The position numbers were made by a program, and so were the translations under genes. From NCBI GenBank assembly GCA_042568575.1, contig JBHPIO010000005.1:17263-81262 (forward strand): a DNA stretch of 64,000 nucleotides, read 5' to 3'. This DNA is from Patescibacteria group bacterium (GTDB lineage: Bacteria; Patescibacteriota; Gracilibacteria; UBA1369; PNNO01). Shown piece by piece: positions 56,291-64,000 of the stretch; positions within the stretch are counted from its first letter, which is position 1, and every line of letters starts with the position of its first letter. The notes beneath the pieces are model-generated. The model was not told the DNA's origin. It did no database searches and saw only the letters and a list, made by a program, of their open reading frames with translations.

Positions 56291-58108
56291 ATGAAAAGAG
56301 CTGTATTAACAACAATAATTGCATTTACACTGATACTTCCTCAAGCAGGTTGTAAAACTGAAGAAAAATCTTCAGTTCAGCATAATGCTCCGAAGCAGGC
56401 GTTAACTCATACTTTAAAAAGTGAATCTGTTGAAGTTACGGTTTCACTTACAGGGACTCTTCAGGCGGATAAAAAGACTCTTGTATCAACAAAATCGTCT
56501 GGTCGTGTTGCGAGTCTTTACTTTGATGTGGGTGACGAAGTGAAAGCTGGTGATTTACTGGGTGCGCTTTCGGGTGATGAATCTTTGATTAATCTTGATA
56601 CTGCGCGGTTGGATGAAACTAATGCGGAGCTTGTTTATAATTCGCAGAAAAAACTTATGGAAGAACAGATTGAAAGTGCGAAAAAGACTCTTGAACGTGC
56701 AGAAACTTCTCTTGATGCAGCAAAAAAGTCTACACTGGATACAAAATCAACAACGAGTGAACAGTCAGATCTTGCGCAAAAAAGTGTTGAGCAGGCTGAG
56801 ACAGCTCTCGAAATTGCAGAAAATGCAGCAGCGCAACGTCTTTCTTCCCTTTATGATACGACAGATTCAACTATTAGAAGTGCCGTGATTGCAGCTGCAA
56901 ATGCTCATTCATATGGCGAGAATCTTCTAGAAGTAAACGAAACACGAGCAAATAGTTATTACGATAAATATGAAAAATATTTTGGAGTTCTTGATTCTCA
57001 AACAAAAAGAGATGCGCAAAGTGTGCTTAAAGTATCTTATGGGTTATACAAAGAAATAGAAGGTTTAATGGATGAAACTGGATCAATGGATAACGAAGAA
57101 AAGATAAAATACCTTGAAGATGCGCTAGAAATGCTTGAAGTGACTCAAGATATGCTTAATAAGGCGTATATAATGCTGAATAATTCGATTTCGGCTATTG
57201 ATTTGCCTGAATCTTCTTTGCAGGCACTGCGTCAGGAAGCACTTTTGCATTCGCAAACTGTGGAAAGTGCAATTCTTTCTGCATCGGGCGATATGAAAGT
57301 TGGAACAAAAGGATGGCTTTCAACTTATGATGAAATAATTACTCAAAATAATTCGGAAATTAACGCTGCACAAAGCCAGCTTTTAACTGCAAAACAGCAA
57401 TTAAATCAAGCTGATGCAGGTGGATATCAATATGTTTCGTCCGCGGAAAGTCAGGTGAGCATTATAGAGAAAGATGTTGAACAGGCGAGGATTGCTTTGC
57501 TTGCTACAGAAGCGCAAAAAGAGAATGTATTACGTCAACTTGAACGTGAACTTAGTGTAGTAAAAGGAACAATGCAGCTTTCTGAGGTTGTTCTAGGAAA
57601 CACACAAGTTATAGCGCCTTTTGATGGAATTTTGACTTCAAAATATGTTGAAGAAGGACGAGTGGTTGCTGCTGGTCAGCCAATTTATGAACTTTCCAAT
57701 ATATCAGGCTTCAAAATTGAAACAGATTTGCCTGATACTTACATTTCAAAACTTGAAACAGGTCTTTTGGCAGAGGTAAGCATAGATGGTGTTGGCGGAA
57801 CATTTGAGGCAACACTTACACGCATTGATCCAAACGTAAATCCGGTTAATCATAAGCTTGGAATTGAGCTTACACTAAAGGAAGTTCCATCCAATGCAAA
57901 GATAGGTCAGTTTGCAAGAATTGTATTAAAACTACCTGAAGAAACAGCATACTTTGTTCCAACACATTTTATTTATCGTGATTTTGAAGGACCTTATGTT
58001 GTTTTGGATAACAATGAACAACAGGTAGTTACAACTGGTTCTGAAAAAGATGGATTGGTTAGAATTTGGTGGCCTGAAATTGAAGAGAATATGGTTATTA
58101 AACGGTAA
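56291..58108 (+). CDS. RND efflux membrane-fusion (adaptor) lipoprotein with a long coiled coil
   Basis: QAGC lipobox; SGRV…VGDEVKAGD and IAPFDG lipoyl-like halves. Confidence 0.88.
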   Translation: MKRAVLTTIIAFTLILPQAGCKTEEKSSVQHNAPKQALTHTLKSESVEVTVSLTGTLQADKKTLVSTKSSGRVASLYFDVGDEVKAGDLLGALSGDESLINLDTARLDETNAELVYNSQKKLMEEQIESAKKTLERAETSLDAAKKSTLDTKSTTSEQSDLAQKSVEQAETALEIAENAAAQRLSSLYDTTDSTIRSAVIAAANAHSYGENLLEVNETRANSYYDKYEKYFGVLDSQTKRDAQSVLKVSYGLYKEIEGLMDETGSMDNEEKIKYLEDALEMLEVTQDMLNKAYIMLNNSISAIDLPESSLQALRQEALLHSQTVESAILSASGDMKVGTKGWLSTYDEIITQNNSEINAAQSQLLTAKQQLNQADAGGYQYVSSAESQVSIIEKDVEQARIALLATEAQKENVLRQLERELSVVKGTMQLSEVVLGNTQVIAPFDGILTSKYVEEGRVVAAGQPIYELSNISGFKIETDLPDTYISKLETGLLAEVSIDGVGGTFEATLTRIDPNVNPVNHKLGIELTLKEVPSNAKIGQFARIVLKLPEETAYFVPTHFIYRDFEGPYVVLDNNEQQVVTTGSEKDGLVRIWWPEIEENMVIKR

Positions 58109-58117
58109 CGCAAAAAC

Positions 58118-61100
58118 ATGGGCAGAAACTTAAATAAACCAGCTCGTATTACAAGGAGATTTGTTTTAAACCCTGCGTTATCGTGGCTTTTGTTTTTTGT
58201 TGCGGTTGTTGGTGGGGTGTTTGGATATCTTGCGACTCCGAAGACTTTTAATCCAGAAGTTGATATAGCGAGTTTTACGATAATTTCACAATATCCAGGA
58301 GCTACCGCGGAAGAAGTTGAGCAGTTTTTAACAAAGGAATTAGAGCAAGTCCTTGCGGATCTTGATGGTATCGACAAAATTTCATCTGTTTCTGTTGATG
58401 GAGGTGCTGCGATGATAAATCTTGTTTTTGAAGTGGGGGTTGATGTGACGGAGGCCAAAACAAATGTACTTTCAAAAATTAATTCAAAAGCGGATCTTTT
58501 TAGTAAGTATAAACTTCCACAACCGGTTATTAAGAGCAATTCTTACGATAATTTGGCAGTTGCTACTTTTGGTTTTACTTCAGATACACTTTCGCAAAAT
58601 CAGATTCGCGAACTTGTTGTAGATATTCGTGAAAGAATGCGAGAGGTTCCTAATACAGCGAATCAAGAAATTTTTGGTGGGCAATCGAGGGCTATACGTA
58701 TTTTACTGGATCCACAAAAATTAAAACTTAGAAATGTTTCAGCCGTTGACGTGATGAATGCGGTGGAAGCGAGTAATATAAAATTTCCAGTTGGAAGTGT
58801 GAGAAATGGTGAGACAGTCACTGATATTGAAGTGGTTGGAACGCTTATGTCAGCTGAAGAAGCAAAACAGATAATTGTGGCACCTTATATAACACTTGAG
58901 GATGTTGCTGAAATTGATGACAGTTTCTCGGAGCCTGTTTCGTCAGTTAAGGTTTACCAGAATGGAGAATTTGAAGATGCTATTTTTCTTACGGTTGGTA
59001 AAATTGAGGGTTCGAATATAGTTGTGGTTGTTCAGAATGTTATTCGAGCATTAGAAAAAGAACTTGAAAAAGAAAAGTATGACGAACTAAATTATCAGAT
59101 TTTGCGAGACGAAGGTGAAATTGCGAATAATTCAACATTCAAGCTACTTAGGAATCTTATGATGAGTATTGGGATAGTATTCCTTGTTCTTATTATATTC
59201 TTGCAATTTAGACCTGCGCTTAATGTTGCGATTGCTATCCCTTTGTCGCTGGCAATTACATTTTTTGTTGGATATTTATCGGGCGAGACGATCAATAAAG
59301 TATCTATGTTTGCGTTTATTCTTTCGCTTGGTCTTTTAGTTGATGCGGCGACAGTTGTTGTAGAGAATTCGTATAGGCATATTCAACTCGGGGAGCCAAA
59401 ACTAAAGGCGATAATTAAGGCAGTACATGAAGTCGGAATTGGTCTGTTTATGTCTACGCTTACTTCCGTAATTGTTTTCCTTCCGATTAATAATGTTAAA
59501 GGAACGATTGGGGAATATGTTGAGCCGATGGCATTCTTTGTGCCAGTTGCATTGATTGCTTCTTTTGTACTTGCTTTAACTGTTACCCCATTTTTGGCTA
59601 GTCAAATTCTTGAATACAATGGCGATGAAGGAAGGCCTTATAAATCATTTTTTGAAAAGATAATCGATAAACTAACGAATTTATATGAGAAATTGCTTGT
59701 TGGATTACTTGCAAAGAAATCCAGGCAAATCCTTTTTATAATTGTGCTTATTTTGGCGCTTGGTGGTTCAATTGCTATGCGTCAGTTTGATTTTGTTAAA
59801 CAGCGAAGTCTTCCTGATGCAAATTTAAAACAGCTTTATGTTTATTTGGATGCACCTTATGGAACTGATGTTAATAAAACATATGAAATAGTTGAGGATG
59901 TTGTTGAACTTGCAGGAAATGATGCAGATATTAATTCAATGCAAATTTATACAGGAACTCCTCCGGTTTTGGATGTTGGTGGAACTGTGCGCTCGGCTGC
60001 GTTTAGAAATAAAACACATCAGGCAACAATTAAAGTTAATTTGGTTGATCAGGCGGATCGCGATAGGAATAGTAGTGAAATTGTTCGTTCGTTGCGTGAT
60101 CTTTTTGCAAGTGATCGTGTGATACAAAGTTATGTGAATTCTGGAACAAATGTACGAGTTTTGGAGGATCCTCCGGGGCCACCAACAGAAGCAGCGATGG
60201 TAGCAAAGATTAAAGGTCCGGATCGTGAAATTAGACAACAAGTTGCATTAGATCTTGAAGAAATCGCGACAGGAATTGAGGGTGCGGTTGATATCGAAAC
60301 GACTGTAGAAAATGCATATCGCAAGATTTTATATAAGATTGATCATGAAAAGGCACTTGCGAGCGGGGTGACTGCTTATGCAATTGCTCAAAGTATGCAG
60401 GCAGCTCTTGGGCCGCTTGTGGTAGATCAATATCATCTTGAGGACAGGGCTGAATTCGCTTTAATTGAAGTTCAATATGATAAAGATGATCGCTCGGATC
60501 TTGAAGATTTGTCTCAGATTTATGTTAAGAATTTTTATGGAGAAATGGTGCCAATTGATTCTGTTGTTGAGAAGGTTGAAACAAGGAATGAACCGGTTAG
60601 GTATCGTGATGGAAGGCAACCTGTTGCAAAAGTTACAGCTCATATGCATGACAGAAGTATCCCGTATGCAATGAGAGATTTGGAAAACATTTTAGAGAAT
60701 GAATATGAGTTTCCAAATGGTGGTGAGTTAGTTGGAATGGATAAATATGGATTTGATTATGAACTTTCGAATGGAGATGAATACAGGATTGAATGGGGAG
60801 GGGAATGGGAGCAAAGTTTAAATGTTAACGCAGAACTATTTGAAGCAATGGTGATTGCATTTCTTATAGTGTATGCGCTTCTTGTTTTCCAATTTAGTTC
60901 GTTTACAATTCCTCTAATTATTATGAGTACAATCCCATTAGGATTTATTGGTGTTTTTCCTGGATTTGCACTTTTGTGGGTAATAAATGGAACATATATG
61001 TCATCAACGGCGCTAATTGGATTTATTGCGCTAATTGGAATCGTAGTAAACAACTCAATTATGTTTATTGAGATGTTTGATATTTTGAGAGAAAAAGGGA

Positions 61101-61345
61101 TGAAAATGAAAGATGCCTTAATACTTGCAGGACGTACACGTTTGCGTCCAATTATGTTAACTTCACTTACAACCATATTTGGGACACTTGCAATTGCCTT
61201 TGATCCGACATGGGCCGGGCTTGCATGGAGTATTATTTTCGGACTTGGACTTTCAGCCGGGATCGCGGTATTCCTTATCCCGACTTTATATAATCTTATT
61301 CGCCCAAGAAGGGGACTTGCTTCTGAGGAGTTAGAAAATTTTTAA
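58118..61345 (+). CDS. RND efflux transporter permease (AcrB/CzcA family)
   Basis: YPGATAEEVE, GLLVDAATVVVEN, GIVVNNSI, RLRPIMLTS. Confidence 0.93.
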   Translation: MGRNLNKPARITRRFVLNPALSWLLFFVAVVGGVFGYLATPKTFNPEVDIASFTIISQYPGATAEEVEQFLTKELEQVLADLDGIDKISSVSVDGGAAMINLVFEVGVDVTEAKTNVLSKINSKADLFSKYKLPQPVIKSNSYDNLAVATFGFTSDTLSQNQIRELVVDIRERMREVPNTANQEIFGGQSRAIRILLDPQKLKLRNVSAVDVMNAVEASNIKFPVGSVRNGETVTDIEVVGTLMSAEEAKQIIVAPYITLEDVAEIDDSFSEPVSSVKVYQNGEFEDAIFLTVGKIEGSNIVVVVQNVIRALEKELEKEKYDELNYQILRDEGEIANNSTFKLLRNLMMSIGIVFLVLIIFLQFRPALNVAIAIPLSLAITFFVGYLSGETINKVSMFAFILSLGLLVDAATVVVENSYRHIQLGEPKLKAIIKAVHEVGIGLFMSTLTSVIVFLPINNVKGTIGEYVEPMAFFVPVALIASFVLALTVTPFLASQILEYNGDEGRPYKSFFEKIIDKLTNLYEKLLVGLLAKKSRQILFIIVLILALGGSIAMRQFDFVKQRSLPDANLKQLYVYLDAPYGTDVNKTYEIVEDVVELAGNDADINSMQIYTGTPPVLDVGGTVRSAAFRNKTHQATIKVNLVDQADRDRNSSEIVRSLRDLFASDRVIQSYVNSGTNVRVLEDPPGPPTEAAMVAKIKGPDREIRQQVALDLEEIATGIEGAVDIETTVENAYRKILYKIDHEKALASGVTAYAIAQSMQAALGPLVVDQYHLEDRAEFALIEVQYDKDDRSDLEDLSQIYVKNFYGEMVPIDSVVEKVETRNEPVRYRDGRQPVAKVTAHMHDRSIPYAMRDLENILENEYEFPNGGELVGMDKYGFDYELSNGDEYRIEWGGEWEQSLNVNAELFEAMVIAFLIVYALLVFQFSSFTIPLIIMSTIPLGFIGVFPGFALLWVINGTYMSSTALIGFIALIGIVVNNSIMFIEMFDILREKGMKMKDALILAGRTRLRPIMLTSLTTIFGTLAIAFDPTWAGLAWSIIFGLGLSAGIAVFLIPTLYNLIRPRRGLASEELENF

Positions 61346-61405
61346 GCACCTTCCTTTTTAGATTAATTTTTGTTATAAATAAAGGAGTTACTAACCTCCT
61401 TTAAA

Positions 61406-62527
61406 TTGAAACCTAGACTTTCTCTTACCATCCCAAATTTCGCAGGTTATTTTCTGCTAGCGGGAATTATTGTTCTTTTCTATTTTTTGTATCAACTATA
61501 TAGTCCGTTTTTAACGAGTCTTATTTTTGCTGCGTTTTTTGCGACGATTTTCTTTACACTTTTTAAAAGAGTAAAGTTACTTTTTGGCGGGCATGGGAGA
61601 GTAGCAGCTTTTATTAGTTGTATACTTGTTCTTCTTGTTATTGCTGTCCCGGTAAGCCTTTTTGCAACACTTTTAATTGCTGAAGGTATTAATGCATTTG
61701 TTGATATTTACACAAAAGTACAAGGTGGATTTTTCCAGCAATATTTTAATTGGGAGGAAGGTAATTTTATATACGATCAGGTTCAGGCAGGAATTGTTTA
61801 CTTGAATGAGAATTTTAATTTTGACGGAGGATTTAATTTTGACATTCTTAATGTTGATTTGATTAAACAGGTTAGTGAAACAGCTCAATTTCTTGGGAAA
61901 TTTTTGTATGACAATTTTACAAACTTTATGGCTAATTTCTTCTGGGTTGTCCTTTCTCTTATCATCTTCTTCTTTTCACTTTATTACTTTTTCAAAGATG
62001 GAGATATGATTATGAAGAAACTAATGGATTTGAGTCCACTTCCTGAAAAATATGAAAAAGCTATTTTTAGAAAATTTAAAGAAGTGAGTAATGCCATGCT
62101 TTTTGGAATTTTCTTTACTGCAGTAATTCAGGGGACTCTTGCAGGGATTGGATATGCGATAGTTGGAATTAATAATCCTATATTTTGGGCTACTGCCACG
62201 GCTGTATTCTCTTTGGTACCACTAGTCGGCACCGGGATTATCTGGTTTCCCGCATCAATCATTCTTGTTGTGATGGGGAATTATGCAGGTGGAATAGGAC
62301 TGTTCTTGTGGTGCTTCCTTTTCGTTGCTACGGTTGATAATTTTATCCGTCCTTACCTTATTGAAGGAAAAGCGCCTGTTCATCCACTTTTAACTTTCCT
62401 TGCTGTATTTGGAGGGTTTATGGCGTTTGGACTGAAAGGTGTTATATACGGACCAGTTATCTTAAATCTTCTTATTGCTCTTTTGCATATTTACGAAATG
62501 GAATATGTAAAGGTTCTTAAGAACTAA
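61406..62527 (+). CDS. AI-2E family transporter
   Basis: YYFFKDG, VPLVGT, DNFIRP, GGFMAFGLKGVIYGP. Confidence 0.9.
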   Translation: MKPRLSLTIPNFAGYFLLAGIIVLFYFLYQLYSPFLTSLIFAAFFATIFFTLFKRVKLLFGGHGRVAAFISCILVLLVIAVPVSLFATLLIAEGINAFVDIYTKVQGGFFQQYFNWEEGNFIYDQVQAGIVYLNENFNFDGGFNFDILNVDLIKQVSETAQFLGKFLYDNFTNFMANFFWVVLSLIIFFFSLYYFFKDGDMIMKKLMDLSPLPEKYEKAIFRKFKEVSNAMLFGIFFTAVIQGTLAGIGYAIVGINNPIFWATATAVFSLVPLVGTGIIWFPASIILVVMGNYAGGIGLFLWCFLFVATVDNFIRPYLIEGKAPVHPLLTFLAVFGGFMAFGLKGVIYGPVILNLLIALLHIYEMEYVKVLKN

Positions 62528-62542
62528 ATATCCGCTACAAAT

Positions 62543-63970
62543 TTAAATAAGCTTCTTTAAACGAAGACTGCTTTTTGTGAGCGCAAAAAATGAAAGCCCC
62601 ATTATGAGTGGTGCTATTGCAGGATGTAGAATGAATCCTGTTACAAGATATGAAACGCCGGCAGCAGCTGGTATTGCAACTAAATGATAAATGAATGTAG
62701 ATATGATGTTTTGTCTCGCAATTTGTTTTATTATTTGTGAAGATTTTAAAGCCGATTCAATTAGGCGTAGGTCATCGCTGATAAAAGTAATGTCTGAAAC
62801 TTCAAGTGCGCAATCGGTTCCGGTTCCTGTTGAAATTCCAACATCAGCCTGAGCCAAAGCGGTAGCATCATTTATCCCATCACCAACAAAAGCAACTACT
62901 TCTTTTTTATCCTGAAAATTTTGTATAGCTTCAATTTTTTCTTTTTGAAGCATGTCTGCGAGTGAATCTTTTATCCTCAGTTCATTTGCAATATGCTCAG
63001 CAATTTTTTCGTTATCACCAGTGATAAGCGTTAATAAATATCGTTTTTTATTTAGATCGTTAATAGCTTCTTTTGCATCTTCTTTTATTGAGTCGGCAAT
63101 ACCAACTACTCCGATTAACTCCCTGTTTCTAGCAACATAAACAGGTGTACGAACATTTTTCGAAAGTATTTCTGCTTTATGCAAAAGTTCCTTATTCATT
63201 TGGACATTTGATTTATCCATCAGCTTCATATTCCCTGCGATAATTTCTTGACCATCGACAATCCCTTTAATACCAAGTCCTTCTATTGATTTAAAATCAT
63301 ATGCTTTTTTAAGGGTGATTCTTTTTGTTTTACAATACTCGACGATCGTAGCGGCAAAAGGATGAGCCGAAGAATTCTCTAAAGAACCAAGTAAAATCAA
63401 AAATCTTTTATCATTGAATCCTTCTTTTGGAATTATGTTTGTAATTTCAGGGATGCCATAAGTTATTGTTCCTGTTTTATCAAAAATTATTCTTTTAATT
63501 CTTGATGCTTTGTCGATAATCTTTCCTCCTCTAAACAACATCCCACGTGAAGCAGCTTTTTCGATTCCGTATGAATATGGCGCAAGTGCGCCAAAAGCGA
63601 AGCCTTCTGGATTTGCAATTAAGAGTATTGAAACAGTAGTTAAAACACTTACAAAAATTCCACCACCGGTCACTGCCCACGCTATTCCTGTTCCAAAAGC
63701 AATAATTAAAGTAAGAATTGTTACGATCTTTTTAAAAGTACTTCCGATGTTTTGAGTATTCCCTTTGAATTTTTTAGTTTCTTCAATTAATGAAAGTATT
63801 TGCGATAGGGTGGTGCTGTCACCAACCTGAGTTACTTTATAAATAATAGTATCTCGAAAAATTTACTTCCCGGAATTGGAATCGCGATCTTTTCAATTTA
63901 TACAATCATTTTAACAATTCTCTCTTCGTTAAGTTCTAATGTTTCACGACCTCTTTTATACAGCACTTTA
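62543..63970 (-). pseudogene. Degenerate heavy-metal P1B-type ATPase with a disrupted N-terminal half
   Basis: Frame open only from 63862 (in-frame TAA at 63863-63865); keeps DKTGT, HP and GDGIND but lacks TGES; out-of-frame actuator-like remnants (KRGRETLELNEERIVK, AIPIPG) upstream. Confidence 0.7.
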
Positions 63971-64000
63971 TGTGTAATTGTTGTAGTTTACACTGTAATA

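Noticed and set aside
1-64000. CRISPR array, IS elements or genetic code 25
   Set aside because: No regularly spaced repeats or transposases were seen, and TGA ends full-length genes.

Overview
AT-rich bacterial chromosomal window using the standard genetic code (TGA is a stop, e.g. at 9170 and 37920). The tandem Cys-rich repeat proteins, SLH protein, Trm11-like methylase, fibre-like surface proteins and scarce Shine-Dalgarno motifs suggest a Patescibacteria/CPR organism, probably Peregrinibacteria-like; this is an inference. It holds about 55 CDS, including a csoR-copA copper operon, pdxST, korAB-flavodoxin, ahpC, gmk, typA, ssb, ilvC, ilvN, arcC, an RND pair and signalling proteins, plus tRNA-Asn(GTT) and tRNA-Gln(CTG). 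I saw no CRISPR array, IS, integrase or reverse transcriptase. The strongest unexplained signal is a ~580-nt, self-promoted, heavily structured minus-strand region between ahpC and gmk (47220-47800) that looks like a large ncRNA I cannot assign to a known class. Other notable items: (1) a GC-elevated lipoprotein gene whose 5' and 3' UTRs can pair and whose leader shares a hairpin plus boxA-like motif with that RNA; (2) hairpins with GNA triloops and tandem GA pairs (ssDNA-type) right after both tRNAs; (3) a low-GC cassette with an atypical Ddl-like ligase and an ornithine/lysine-racemase-like gene; (4) two NMT1/THI5-like lipoproteins coupled to a sensor kinase with no transporter. All structures and family calls were made by eye, without database searches.
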